A stretch of 64,000 bases of DNA from Octopus vulgaris (GCA_951406725.2 OX597817.1:127162001-127226000), one strand, 5' to 3'; shown: positions 14,631 through 28,550, numbered from the stretch's first letter. Numbers and translations are program-made. The notes: a model not told the origin generated them from the sequence alone.

Positions 14631-17190
14631 CTGTCTACTTCTGTCTATTTGCCCTCAAACAATCCTCCCTACTTCTATATTCTTTCTCTGCTACAACAAT
14701 CTTGTTGCAGTCTTCAAATTTCCCTCTCGACACTCTGTCGGTAACTATGATTAGATCCCTTCCCTTCATTTCAATAACAGTCCCTTCGTTCACCGATTCT
14801 TTCTATAGTTATTTATAATTCACCAACATGATTATTAACATCTGTTGTCAATAAATCCAAAGCGACGTCAACCTTCATAATATTACTTATCTCACGATTC
14901 GCCACTTCTACTTTTATCAGTTTATTAGTAACTCACTTCCTCCCTCTCCCTACTCTACCTCTACTAATCTATTCTTGCCCTTTCTCTGAGTTAAAAATTC
15001 CCTCCCCTGATCAGCCTATATCTTGCTTCCGCCTACTTTTCTTTGCCTTCCTCTTCATCTATTCTACCATAAAATACTATCGCATCATGATCTGAACTGC
15101 TAATTGCTAATCTTTCTACCCTGACGATCAGATCCGCATTTACAGTAATATTTGTGCATGTACTACTGGTTGCACATCCTTGACATTTTGGCCACAGCAT
15201 CTCCCAGTGTTACAACTATTATGCAATTTCGATCCCCAGAAACAACTGTACGACCTGAATTATCATGCCCTTTGCCCGCAGTTTTTTTTTTTTTTTTTGC
15301 AATTTTTATACTCTATGTCTATTTGCGTAGTGAAATAGGAATTAGTATGGTAGAGGATTGTGTACCCCTTCTTTTGTTCATATGCCATATTTGTTACATT
15401 AAGTTTACTGATATATATTCCTTTGGAATTCCTCACAGGAAGTGGAGTGAAAAACATCGATCATGTTTTACATTCCCTATAAATGTGATAGAAATGGGAC
15501 ACATGGGAAATAAATGTGAATATCATTCTATTTCTTATGATATTCGTCATCTAACATGGTATGTTATAAGATATGATACTGATAGACGTCTTAGAAAGCA
15601 TATCAATAGCTGTCTCTAGATGCGCAAGAGAGTGCAGAATAGGCGGTTGCAATGTCAGTGTCAATTAATTCTCTCTCTATCTCTCTCTCTCTTTCTCTCT
15701 CTCTTTGCCTCTTTCTCTCGCTCTCGCCCTCCCTGTGCCTATTTCTTTACGTATAAAATGTCCTTAAATATTCCATAAACTTAACCAATGAGAAAATATT
15801 CATTCGACATGAAGGATGTTGGTCAGCAATGTTGCACAAATATCCTTAACAACAGCTCAGGAATAAAAATAAAAATTTTATATAACAATTTCTTTACAAA
15901 CCGGTTCTTGCTAATGAATTACATTTTTTATTGCTTTCTAACAGTATGAAATACTCCTTCTCCTCCCCGTTACCATTAACGTACTTGTATTATGTACGTA
16001 TGTGTGTATGAATGTTTACGTGCGTGTGCCTCTGTATATATATATATATAATTTACATATATCATTTACAATATGTATCACGTTTTATTTTCCCCATAAA
16101 TGTGATCAATATTTATACACTACTTCAAGGATCATAGATCACAATGAAATTTAAAAAACACAAAAAATGTAAATATTCATAAATTCCGAATATTTTTGCG
16201 TGATTAATGTTATCACTTATTAAAAAATATGAAACTCAGCAAATTAGTCAATTAGTGCAAAAATTATTCCGGCTACAGTATACGATAAACCAACTAAACA
16301 AATATGAAATTTACAATATAATTTAAATGATATACACGCACCCCTAATTCCGTGCTCCTCAATGCACATGAAACTCTGTAAATTAAACATAATTAACTAA
16401 CATGTCTAAAACCGTTAAGTATAAAATACTTTTTATCAGGACAAACGTTGAAACGCAGAGAGTTTTCGATCTATAATTATTACTTTAGATGGAGTTTAAT
16501 CGATATTCAGTGAGAAAATAGGTAATGGTGAAGGTTATGCCTTTGGATAATATATGTGCATCATCTTTCACGAACAAATATAGTTGGAATCTAGTACGAA
16601 AGTTGAAAAATAGAAGAAAAAGATCTACGTAATCATTAAATTTGAACATATATTTTGAGATAGACACATATATAAATATATGACGAGACATATCAGTGCA
16701 AACATACAACAACAAATATAATTATGTAAATAAGACATATATACTTACACACACACATACACACGCATATATATGTGTGTATATACGTATATGTTTTTAC
16801 TGCATGCAAACACATATACGCATGTGTGCAACATTTAATAGCTCTCAATTCACAAGATATTCTCTAAATTATTCGTCCATAAGCAAACACTCACATCTAC
16901 ATACATATGCATAGACATATATATACGTAAACATATGTAGGTGTACATATATATATATGTATATATATGTATATATGTGTATACATATTTGTGAAAAACA
17001 AGAGGCGTATAATATCGATTCAACTGCCATTGGCCTAAAGGTCCGCAAGATATTCATTGATACACGAGATATCAGTGATGCACACATATTCATAGATGCA
17101 TAGAAACACACATGGTAATGGACATATATATATATATATATATATATAAACAAAGAGGGAGAGAGACAGGAATGCATATATATATGTGTA

Positions 17191-17226
<36 letters not shown>

Positions 17227-17909
17227 AGTACCGATGTAGCTATGCATGTGTGTATGTATATACGAGCGTGTGCTACTGTGCGGGCGCATGTTATATCTCC
17301 TCGGCATTTTGTTTTTATTGATATGTGCATGAATGCCTGTATTAAATTTTCACAAAGTAATTACAAATACATTATCGGTTAATATTCCACACCAAAATGA
17401 AATATAATAGGCAATATTGATTTCACACACAATATACTTTCGACATATATGAAAAATATTTAGGGTAAATATGTTGATAGGAAATATTCATTAAATATTT
17501 AATTAGTAATAGTTATGGAGTACAGAAAATAACTGTCAAACTATATTTTCTAATATAATTTTTTTTTGTCTTTTAGCCATGTACGGCAAAATCAACTGGA
17601 AACATTTTAGTATTATGAGATCTCACAAGCGCAGCAAAAACTTTCTATATGTTCCGACTTATCATAGAAAAATAACTAAGTAACTTTACAGTATTTCCCG
17701 GGATTAATCATGAATATTCGCATATTTATCACTCGTATATAACTAAGCTTGTGAAACAACATTTAGTTCAATTTTAACTTCTTTAATGTAGTAAATATCA
17801 AACGCTACCAAACAATGTTTGTATATATTTTATGTATATGTCAGCGTGTGCGCATAATATGTATATCTGCATGTGTGTGTGTGTGCATGTGTTTGTTATA
17901 TATATACAT

Positions 17910-18021
<112 letters not shown>

Positions 18022-18099
18022 TAAATGTATGGATAGATGGATGGATATGTACATGTAAAGAGATACGTTAATGGTAATGATTATATCTTCGAAGAGAAT

Positions 18100-18384
18100 A
18101 ACGGTGGTAACATAAATAAATAACAACTTAAATTCACAAAGCAGGAAATGGAATGGCCCGGAATCTTGGTTTTGTAGAGACATTGTTATACAGGGCTTGG
18201 TTAATTTGATATAGTTAACAGGATTTTATAATAATAGTGTGGAAACTATGTCCTGTAGCGTTTTATTATATATTAGAATCAAATGTCTTTGTTCTTAATT
18301 GGTATGTAATATATTGTCCCTTTCATTTTTGATAACATAATCCCATCTCTTTGGCAACTTGTTGTACCCTCCGATCTACCGTTC
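18100..18384 (-). pseudogene. Decayed C-type-lectin-like exon candidate
   Basis: After acceptor gacag a single frame reads ER*IGGYNKLPKRWDYV...KPCITMSLQNQDSGPFHFLLCEFKLLFIYV; TAG->TGG restores WIGG and TAT->TGT restores FIC; 3 stops. Confidence 0.35.
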
Positions 18385-18789
18385 CTGTCAATAGCAGTGT
18401 TTATAAATTATAAAGAAACTGTAGCTTATCAATAGTGATGAGGTTAACACAATATTCAGGGATCAAAACACGCCATATTAGTCGATGTTTTTTTTTCCAA
18501 CACACGAAAATCTATAAAGCAAAGTTCTTGTGCGTATCATTTTCCCACAGGGAATGCAAACTTCCTCACACACACAAACGTCTGGTGATGTGAGAATACA
18601 TTGGAATGACGATTCCTTACTTTTTGAAATATACCCAAATTTTAAATGATCTAATATAATGATACCTTTCATTCGGCATCTGTTGAAATATGCCAAAACA
18701 TTTTAATTTCACACAAATATGTTACTTTATATATAATTTATGTGTTAATTCTATTTACTGAAACTTACTAAGAAACATATTTTGATTTA

Positions 18790-19630
18790 ATTGTAGACAC
18801 AATTGCCAGTAATCATAGCGTTTCCATTTCACTCAGCCAATATTTTTACATTAGCCTTCTTTCAAACACTAGATAATGCAACATAGAGAGGAATTGTGTA
18901 GGAAGATATATTCCAATTTGTTCAAAAGGCTGTTCTTGTGCCTTGTTGCATGTCAAGGTAAACGCTGGCTTGACGGGAATTATTTTGAGTGTAAATGTAA
19001 ATGGAAATTCCATTTCTTGAGATACATATGGTAATCTGGAGATTAGCAGAGTTGATCCTGCTTAAGGACAAGGAGCAACCTCAGCCTCAACAACATGATC
19101 ATGTAAACTGACAATGACGTAGCGTGTGTCATTGCAATTAGTAGCATGTCAATTCTCAGAAGCATTATGCAGCATCTTTTCTTCAGTTTGAGAATGTGTG
19201 GTAGAAACCCTGATGGTGTAAGTTAGTCGATGAACTCGATTAGGTACAGAGTTTCATTATCAAATGTACCTGAGCTTCTGTATATTTATAGCGTATCAGG
19301 GATCTTAGTCAACAGGAAATCATTCACAAATTGTGTAGCATCATTTGTTGCAATAACGATGGTTCTATTTGCAAGCCACACAGGGTTTGTGAAATTATTT
19401 TTGAATTCAGGATATAGAAAATTACATAGATCTGAAAGAGTATCATTTTCAAAGCAAGAATCATTGGGTAGATTGATTTTGAATTACCTAGTCTTTGTTC
19501 AACAGAAACGTTACCATTTCCCACATCAAGAAGGTAATTAGCAAACTCCTTTCATCAGAATGACGTTCTATAAGAAGTCTTAGATTGGTTGTCAATTCCA
19601 CTACTTCCACATGATCGCATAGAAAAGATC
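18790..19630 (-). mobile_element. Helitron RepHel remnant: C-terminal Pif1-family helicase, pseudogenised
   Basis: Motifs in order: LTTNLRL, FANYLLDVGNG, LTPSGFLPHILKLKKRCCIMLLR, CNDTRY, PVKPAFTLTCNKAQEQ, LYVALSSV; multiple stops and frameshifts. Confidence 0.9.
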
Positions 19631-20150
19631 TCTGTTAATAATCTGGAAATTGTACCTTGCATAAAAGTTATACAGCTATTTTATGTAATAGCATGCATTC
19701 ATTCAACACAAAATCACTTTAAAATTATACCGGTATATTAAAAAGGTTTCATTTTATCAAAACTATTCATTTAACAAATTCCAGAAACTGATAATATTCT
19801 TGAAATTGTGTCCCGTATCAAAGTTATATGGCTATTATTAAATCAGCATTAACAAAAATAGAGGCAAGCGAGAATGGCAGACTGTGGCAAATAAAAATGA
19901 AAAGTGTAAAATATTCACTATGCAGCAAATATTTCAATTCATGAAGAATTGAACGCAGTGAATGCAATGTATATTTAAATTTGCGAGAATTTGGAGTTTA
20001 TGGAATTCAAGTAACTAAAGAAATCGAAATTATAGGCAATTTCTTGGAACATGAATTTATAAAAATATTTCCAGAAGGTCCAGCATTTAATATTGCTTTC
20101 TTTTAGTACTTGTTACATAATAAATAGGCAGGTTTCCTCATTACAGTATA

Positions 20151-20208
<58 letters not shown>

Positions 20209-20300
20209 AGGACAATTCACAAGAAAAAATACAAAAAATCAAGACAGGAGATGTAGACAACAAACAGATGTATTAGTTTAGGGCCAGGGAAGGGAAAGTC

Positions 20301-20334
20301 TTTAACGTTTCGAGGCTACGCCTTTCCACAGAAA
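20301..20334 (-). ncRNA. Degenerate minimal hammerhead motif in a Penelope-type repeat (~20206-21350)
   Basis: uuu-CUGUGGA-a-AGGC gua GCCU-c-GAAACGUU-aaa; core A6 is substituted, so probably inactive. Confidence 0.45.
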
Positions 20335-20704
20335 CGAACACAGAGAGGAACAAGGAGAGAAAATGAAGAAAGTGTAGCAGCTAGCGTTCTATCATGGCGA
20401 ATGCCGGACAGAGGGGTCACACAAGAGATCTAGGAAGGAGGAGAGATAATAAAGTAGTGGTGATCCCAAAACGAAGGTGCGCATGCGTGTATATAATGGG
20501 AGTTTTATGTGCGTGGAGAAGTGGGCTGGTGACTTAGACGTGTGCGTGTATGTGTAGGTGTGTGGATGATGGTGTGGAGCTGGGAAGGGGCTAGTGCTAG
20601 TGTGTGCGTGATGGTGTGATGTGATATGGTGTGATGTGATAGGGTGTGATGTGATATGGTGTTGTGTGATATGATGGTGTATGGTGTGGTGGTATTGAGA
20701 TGTG

Positions 20705-20941
20705 GGCGGCGAGCTGGCAGAAACGTTAGCACGCCGGGCGAAATGCTTAGCGGTATTTCGTCTGCGTTACGTTGTGAGTTCAAATTCCGCCGAGGTCGAC
20801 TTTGCCTTTCATCCTTTCGGGATCGATAAATTAAGTACCAGTTACACACTGGGGTCGATGTAATCGACTTAATACCTATGTCTGCTTTTTTGTTTGTCCC
20901 CGCTGTGTTTAGCCCCTTGTGGGTAATAAAGAAATAGGTAT
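20705..20941 (+). mobile_element. Full-length tRNA-derived SINE with Nin/Deu-like central domain and target-site duplication
   Basis: B-box gagttcaaattcc; central gactttgcctttcatcctttcgggatcgataaattaagtaccag; identical ggtattgagatgtggg at 20691-20706 and 20937-20952. Confidence 0.9.
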
Positions 20942-21374
20942 TGAGATGTGGGGGTCGAGAGTGGGGAAAGCAAGGGTGGCTGTGGGTTAGGCTATGGGTG
21001 GGAGTAGATTTGGCGTATGTGGGAGTGGGTGTAAGGGATGGGGTGTGGTGGGAGGGAGGGATAGGGAAGGTGGGGTTGGATTGTGCAGGTGTAGGGTTAC
21101 GAGGGAAGGATGACGATGAAGGAAGAGGGGAAGGGAGAAGATGGGTAGGAGTGAAGAGAAAAGAGGAGAATAGGAATGAAGAGGAGTAGGAATCGTAGCA
21201 AGAGAGAAGAGATGGGTGGGAGGAAGACGTGAGACGGAGAGAGGAGGGTGAGGAGGGTTAGATGAAGATGGGAGGAGAGTTGAGCCCATGTAGCGCAAAT
21301 GAGCGAAGACAGTAGAATAATCCATGCATTTCAATCTACGAGTGAGACAAAATTAAGCAAACTTGTAGTATACG

Positions 21375-21426
<52 letters not shown>

Positions 21427-21429
<3 letters not shown>

Positions 21430-21860
21430 GGTTTATCAGTTTTTTGTTTGGGTTTTTAGAGCACTTCTTTTAAGAGATTCTGTATTTTTCTAACTTATTT
21501 TCTTAACTTACATTTCAAATAAACAGCCCACTGAACTAATACGTTTGGGGCGTGGACGAGATGGAGATGTCACTACATACACTCCTAATACCATAAAATA
21601 CCACTCCTAATACCATATGGGTTAGTCAAACCCGTACTATATCCAAAATTGATAAAGATTTTCATATTCTGGCATCTGAACGTTTCTGTCCTCGAACCGA
21701 AACCAATATTGGTTCTAAATTTGGATTCATTGACCAGGTGTTTTAAAAGCATGTTCAAAATTATTTGTACAAAATGGTTTGCAAAAAGCGTTTCTTTCAT
21801 GAGCTATGACTTTTCTAAATTCATACATTTCAAATTACCTCAACAATCTGACGCACCCTG
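21427..21860. mobile_element. Tc1/mariner-type MITE
   Basis: TA|CAGGGTttaTCAG ... CTGAcgcACCCTG|TA degenerate TIRs with TA flanks. Confidence 0.65.
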
Positions 21861-23337
21861 TATGTATGAGATTGTTGTAAATAATACATGATTATTTCAT
21901 ATCTTATGTTTCTTATAAAGATATTTTAAAACTTTAGAATTAGTTCCTTGGAGTTACTATGTACTTCCGACGATTGGGACCTTTTTCGCATAATCCAGCA
22001 CGAAGTTAGCATCCACGGATGGGGAACTCGAAATCAATCACATTCCCGCTATATATCAGCAGTTTACTGCGTGGATGACTATCACAGATTTTGAGAAAAC
22101 AAGTAGAATAGAGGTATTTCTCTTCTACTCTTTACCACTCGAACATACGTATACTGTTTTCTGCGCCGAGCATCCAGATTGAAAGTTATTTTAATGTACT
22201 ATGATTTAATTCGCAGATGAGTGCAAGGAAGTACCTAGAACAGTGAACGAATTAGACATGTGGTTTGCAAGCTCTCGAAATAAGGCGAGTAACTTAGCTA
22301 AATTTGCCTAAGTTTTCTCTTCAACCCGCTCCTTAAAGCATGTCAGCTCTTACAAAAGTTGCCATACATGTATACAGACAGAAAGACGTTCATATGCCTG
22401 CACATGTGCGCATGTGTGTGTGTATAACATAATATTTGGCCACACACCTAATTTATGCATCCCATTCAAATACACTGAAAATGCAATGGACACCATAGCA
22501 AACAGTTTAAATTTGCAGGAATTTACTTACATCCTCATGAATATTGTTCTGTAATTACGGCCATATTATGATCATACTTAGTTTTCAGTAAATTACATAT
22601 AAACATAACATTTTGGAAGCTAAAAATATTATGATAAGTCTGAAAACATGTACAAGCACAGTCAGTATTGATTTAATCTATTTAAATTACATATTTCCAT
22701 TATTTCAGAAACATTCAACTACCATGTTACTTGTAATTCATCATGTTTGAGAGAACGTAAATAACCCCCGCGTCTTTAAATTTTTTAAATAATCACATTT
22801 AGCGCCTAATGGGAAGGATTAATATAAAACTTGGCATTATCATGAAAAGCAGCGCCAGATCATCAATGATACGTTATAAATTTTGTAAATACACTGAAAA
22901 AAGTTGTTTTTTTATGTGACAGTATACGCATGGCTGAATGTGTGAGCGCATATATATGTGTGTAAATATAAATTTGGTATCAATAAATTATAAAAGAAGA
23001 AATACAATAATCGGGTTGTTAGTTTAAACATATCAACGTCTCGATATACGTCTACAGTCTGGCGTAAGCGTGTATAAACTTCAGCAATAAAACAGAGTCA
23101 GATAATAATGCATTCGCCACATATATATAAACAATATGCTAGTAAATAATCAAATAAATAAATAGACTTATGCACCGATTACCTTCTTCTTTCTTCATAA
23201 TAATAGTTATAAAAGGAATCGATCGCATTATATCGTATTACAACTTAGCGCGGTTATTTTGATAATGTAAAATTATGCTGTATCAGATTTTAAATGCACA
23301 CGTACACACATATATCTGTGAGTGTATGCGTGTGTAT

Positions 23338-23389
<52 letters not shown>

Positions 23390-23404
23390 CATATACATAC
23401 ATAC

Positions 23405-23470
<66 letters not shown>

Positions 23471-24574
23471 GTATACATACATATACATATATATTTACAC
23501 ACACATGCGCATGTTCAGTCCGTTAGCGATTAAATGTTAAGTATCCTCTTTGACAAGGATGCTGATATTTATTCGGCAGTTTACAGAAAGCACAGACGAT
23601 AACGCCCATCAAATAATGGATGAACTTTGACGAGTGAATGATCATGCAACAGCTAGGAGTGAGGGGCCCCTAGCCATATTTTAGATATCTTTCCTGGAGT
23701 AAAAGAAATCTAGTGTAACATCTGTGACTTCATTTGTATCCATTTTTGTAGATTACATCTCCTTTTGGAGGCAAATTCATGCATTGTTCAATGAATAGGA
23801 TTCACACTGTGTAAGGTCTTTTCTAAGAAATCAGAGCTACAAAACACAAACTATTTATGTAATCTGTCTTTTATTATGTGATATGTTTATTAGCAACAAC
23901 GAATATAATGAAGAGATATATTAGTATTTGCTCAGAAAGGAACCGTGTTTAAAAGCAGGAAAATATAATAGAGAAATTTCTTCCATTTGTTATGTAGTTT
24001 ATAGTTATTTCACTGCGATGTCTATATTCAAGGCATGGCTATGATGTAATTTAATATTATCTCGTAAATTGTTTATAATCTTTGCATTTCAGACTGACAA
24101 AAATATTTAAATTTAAACCTAGTCATTTTTTCAATACGTGTCAAAAACTTTTGTCTGAGTGTGTCTATATGCGCGCATGTGTGTATGTGTGTGCGTCTGT
24201 GTGTTTGTTTTGGGGGAGTGCCTGTGTTTGTGTGTATGATAGTGTGAGAGTTCGTGTAAACTCACATTTTTACTAAGAACAGCACTTAGAATTTATATAT
24301 ATCTTTCGTTCAGATTCTGGTTTTTAAGATATATGCGCAATGAAATCATCAGAGAAACGAACAAAATGTCCATATGTTCGAATATTATCAGTAGTGACTT
24401 GCCATCATGTATTAAACCGACCATAATTCTCATTCAAAAGGGTTGACTAGGCACCCAATTGAGAAACATTGGAGTAAACGTTTCACTCCACGTACTTATT
24501 GCATACAGTTGCTAATTATATTACAGAGACCCGTGTATTGTCAGACGTCTTGTACTTTTCTAATTTTGTTAATA

Positions 24575-24639
<65 letters not shown>

Positions 24640-25235
24640 ATATATATGTATGTATATGTATGTATATGTGCATACATGAGGTTATATGGTACTTTTATCG
24701 AGGGTGAGGACGCGTGGAAGAAATGAAACGAATTTTATAAAATACCTACAATATCTTACTTAACTGTACGTGCACACAATCACCTATTTCGATTTATGAG
24801 GATTCCAGTCTCCTCTCATGAGAGCATACGCGCATTAAAATGCGATACTCTAGGGCTTTAAGAAAATACTCCACTAGATTAGTAGTGTAACATGTAGCGT
24901 AAAAATAAATATTAGCATGGTGACATGTAGATTCTTTTTGTGACAAACAGAGCAATTGCAGATGATGGCAAGAAATGTGGAAGAGTGCGATTGAAGTGAG
25001 CAACAATTACATATAGAATAAACAAAAAGATCTGCGGAGACAATTTGCTTAACTAACTTGCATAAACTATGAAAATATTTGCCCTGGAGAGGAACAAAGT
25101 TTTATTTTCGGACATTATCCTCAATAGGTATTTATATTTTTACCTAAAGTCTTCAACTATACTTTAGAGACTTGATTTTGCTCTCAGTGAAAGCGATCAT
25201 CGTACTACATGAAATATTTAGAAAGAATATTATAA

Positions 25236-25450
25236 GGCAGCGAGCTAGCAGAATCGTTAGTGCAGCGCGCCAAATGCATGGAGACATATTCCCCGTCTGT
25301 ACGCTCTGAGTTCTAATTCCGCCGAGGTAGACTTTGATCGTTCATTATCCTTTCCAGTCGATAAAATACGTACTTGGTAATCATTAGTGTTGATGTAATC
25401 TACTTGCTCCCTCGTTCAAAATTGTTGTCCTTGTGCCAACGTTTGAAACG
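25236..25450 (+). mobile_element. SINE (family of 20705)
   Basis: ggcagcgagctagcagaatcgttag head and ctgagttctaattccgccgagg. Confidence 0.8.
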
Positions 25451-26163
25451 AATATTTACTAGGAAAATTTCGTAATGAATTATACGAGTTACGTAAAAAT
25501 ATCCATATTTCTGTATCTTTAACACTTGATCAATAGCTCAATTACAATTGTTGAATGATTTGTCTTCTTAAGCTGAAATCTCATTAATTACAATAGCTAA
25601 AACGCATAAATAAATGTAAAGGAATATTTTTAAAATATATAAAAATTATTGTAAAGATTGGCAGAAAAACTCAAAATGAAACAATGCTAAGATTATTGCT
25701 AAATGTCTACTTTCTAAGCTCATAACTGTTATTGTAATATTTCATTTTTTGTATTCAGAAGTAGCTACTTTTTTATTTCTAGCGCTTCAAGTCTGCCAAG
25801 AGCAATTATACATTTCTTATAAATAGATTACCTATTTATTATTTGGAACAATATAACTGACTACCAGCTTCCCGTCAAAAACAGAGGTAACGTGCTTACG
25901 CATGTTAAAACCATATAGGCATTAGTGGGTATACAAACGCAAGCATTTATGAATTTCAATGTGTGGGTAATTCAATAAACCCAAATATTTTATGAATAAT
26001 TTTCATTCAGTGTTTTCTTGAGTTTTAAGAACTCATATGTTTGACTGAATTATTCGTTTACATCAGCCCTGAATTAAATTGGGTCTTTCTGCAATCAAAT
26101 CTGCGAGATATCCTTGAAAAGTACTAATTTTGTGAGTTTTCCAAAATCTGTAGAGATAATATA

Positions 26164-26376
26164 GTTTTCAGATTTTGACACAAGGCCAGCAATTTCGGGG
26201 GAGGGGTTAAATAGAATACACCGACCCCAGGACTCTACTGGTGCTTATTTTACAAAGCTCCGAACGGATGGAGAGCAAGGCCGACCTCGGGGGAACTTGA
26301 ACTCAGAACGTAGGGACTGAGGATATGCCACTAGGTGTCTTGTCCGGCGTGCAAACTGCACTGCTAGCTCACCGCC
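26164..26376 (-). mobile_element. SINE (family of 20705)
   Basis: Reverse complement has the ggcggtgagctagcag head and gttctgagttcaagttcc. Confidence 0.8.
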
Positions 26377-26557
26377 TTAAGTCAGTCAAATATAATTAGT
26401 GTTTCCCTCACTAAAAACAATAGTATTGATTTACTACAATACACATTTGACATCTATATTAGAACTTCGTATATATCATGCTTCTTTGTGAGGTTTCGTA
26501 CCAACCTTTATTCTAAAGTGTAACTAGAATTTTGAAATATTTTACCGTATATTATTT

Positions 26558-26614
<57 letters not shown>

Positions 26615-26781
26615 AGGTTGTATACTGTCAATCTAACAAGAACGTGACAGTAGGGGGTACACCACCGTTGTATAGCCCTAGGAGGCATCGAACGCCTCCT
26701 GACAGCTTCGACACATTTTTCCCTGTGTCCTTATATACATATATGAAGGGGAGACAAACACCCCCGGCCATCGGAACTGCA

Positions 26782-26827
26782 TCTCGGGACACCGTGTTTC
26801 AGGATCATTGTCCTTCATCGGCCTAGA
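26782..26827 (-). ncRNA. Type I hammerhead ribozyme, array copy 1
   Basis: UCUAGG-CCGAUGA-AGGA caauga UCCU-GAAAC ACGGU GUC-CCGAGA (one stem I mismatch). Confidence 0.75.
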
Positions 26828-27146
26828 GTAGCAGACACCGGTCGGCTGGTGATATTTGCCTCGACTTCATAATTGTATATATGTATACTCAGTGAAGTTT
26901 ATTCACTGATTATCAAAATAAGAAATATTGAATTTCTAAATCACTCGTAGAGACATGTACGGTGGTGGGGCGATAGAATGGTTGTATACTGTCAAACTGA
27001 CAAGAACGTGACAGTAGGGGGTACACCACCGTTGTATAGCCCTAGGAGGCATCGAACGCCTCCTGACAGCTTCGACACATTTTTTCCCTGTGTCCTTATA
27101 TACATATATGAAGGGGAGACAAACACCCCCGGCCATCGGAACTGCA

Positions 27147-27192
27147 TCTCGGGACACCGTGTTTCAGGATCATTGTCCTTCATCGGCCTAGA
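27147..27192 (-). ncRNA. Type I hammerhead ribozyme, array copy 2
   Basis: Same sequence as copy 1. Confidence 0.75.
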
Positions 27193-27511
27193 GTAGCAGA
27201 CACCGGTCGGCTGGTGATATTTGCCTCGACTTCATAATTGTATATATGTATACTCAGTGAAGTTTATTCACTGATTATCAAAATAAGAAATATTGAATTT
27301 CTAAATCTCTCGTAGAGACATGTACGGTGGTGGGGCGATAGAATGGTTGTATACTGTCAAACTGACAAGAACGTGACAGTAGGGGGTACACCACCGTTGT
27401 ATAGCCCTAGGAGGCATCGAACGCCTCCTGGCAGCTTCGACATATTTTTACCCTGTGTCCTTATATACATATATGAAGGGGAGACAAACACCCCCGGCCG
27501 TCGGAACTGCA

Positions 27512-27557
27512 TCTAGGGACACCGTGTTTCAGGATCATTGTCCTTCATCGGCCTAGA
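27512..27557 (-). ncRNA. Type I hammerhead ribozyme, array copy 3 (perfect 6-bp stem I)
   Basis: UCUAGG-CCGAUGA-AGGA caauga UCCU-GAAAC ACGGU GUC-CCUAGA. Confidence 0.8.
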
Positions 27558-27972
27558 GTAGCAGACACCGGTCGGCTGGTGATATTTGCCTCGACTTCAT
27601 AATGGTATATATGTATACTCAATATTTCTTATTTTGATAATCAGTGAATAAACTTCACTGATTATCAAAATAAGAAATATTGAATTTCTAAATCTCTCGT
27701 AGAGACATGTACGGTGGTGGGGCGATAGAATGGTTGTATACTGTCAATCTAACAAGAACGTGACAGTAGGGGGTACACCACCGTTGTATAGCCCTTGGAG
27801 GCATCGAACGCCTCCTGACAGCTACGACACATTTTTTCCCTGTGTCCTTATATATATATATATAAACCAGATTAGAGAAGTAGAAGAAACGAAACCAAAC
27901 CAAACGAATCGAATCGAATCCACGCGAAGGCGCTCAGTCATACAATAGTGTGTGTGTGTGTGTGTGTGTGTG

Positions 27973-28278
27973 AAGGCGAATTGGCCCAGTGGGTAGGGCA
28001 GCGGACTCACGCTTGTAGGATCGCGGTTTCGATTACCAGACCGGGCGTTGTGGGTGTTTATTGAGCGAAAACACCTAAAACTCCACGCGGCTCCGGCAGA
28101 GGGTGGTGGCGATCCCTGCTATACTCTTTCGCCACAACTTTCTCTCACTCTTTTTTCATTTGGCCTGCTCGCTTAGCCAGCGGGATGGCGTCATTTGAAA
28201 GCTAAAACAATGCGAAGCGCATTCTGACCAGCGATGTGTAGCAACATCTCATAGCCTGATCGGTCACGGTGATCACGT

Positions 28279-28280
<2 letters not shown>
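27973..28280 (+). mobile_element. tRNA-derived SINE (third family)
   Basis: A-box tggcccagtgg, B-box ggtttcgatta; short tandem tail (cacgg/ttgat). Confidence 0.8.
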
Positions 28281-28340
<60 letters not shown>

Positions 28341-28342
<2 letters not shown>

Positions 28343-28479
28343 CCGCGTGGAGCTTTAGGTGTTTTCGCTCAATAAACACCCACAACGCCCGGTCTAGGAA
28401 TCGAAACCGCGATCATACAAGCGCGAGTCCGCTGCCCTAATCACTGGGCCAATTCGCCTTCACACACACACACACACAC

Positions 28480-28481
<2 letters not shown>
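28341..28481 (-). repeat. Inverted copy of the SINE head and (TG)n at 27948-28092
   Basis: Reverse-complement match over ~120 nt with about 6 differences, including the flanking (TG)n. Confidence 0.9.

Positions 28482-28550
<69 letters not shown>

Larger units (their letters stand above)
26609..27850 (-). repeat. Tandem array of ~3.4 near-identical 364-365 bp units, each full unit with a hammerhead (retrozyme-like)
   Basis: Marker aacgtgacag at 26641, 27005, 27370 and 27757; both ends abut (TA)n. Confidence 0.95.

Noticed and set aside
18621-18679. 59-bp candidate exon on the minus strand with AG/GT ends (similar cases at 23751-23809 + and ~62774-62980 -)
   Set aside because: Splice-like signals are frequent by chance and the peptides are unrecognisable.
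18790-19630. Host PIF1 gene
   Set aside because: Intronless, with many stops and frameshifts, and the motif style matches Helitron helicases.
26644-27948. Repeated short ORFs in the array; CRISPR-like interpretation
   Set aside because: Frames differ between copies through indels; the units are wholly repeated with no unique spacers, and the DNA is eukaryotic.
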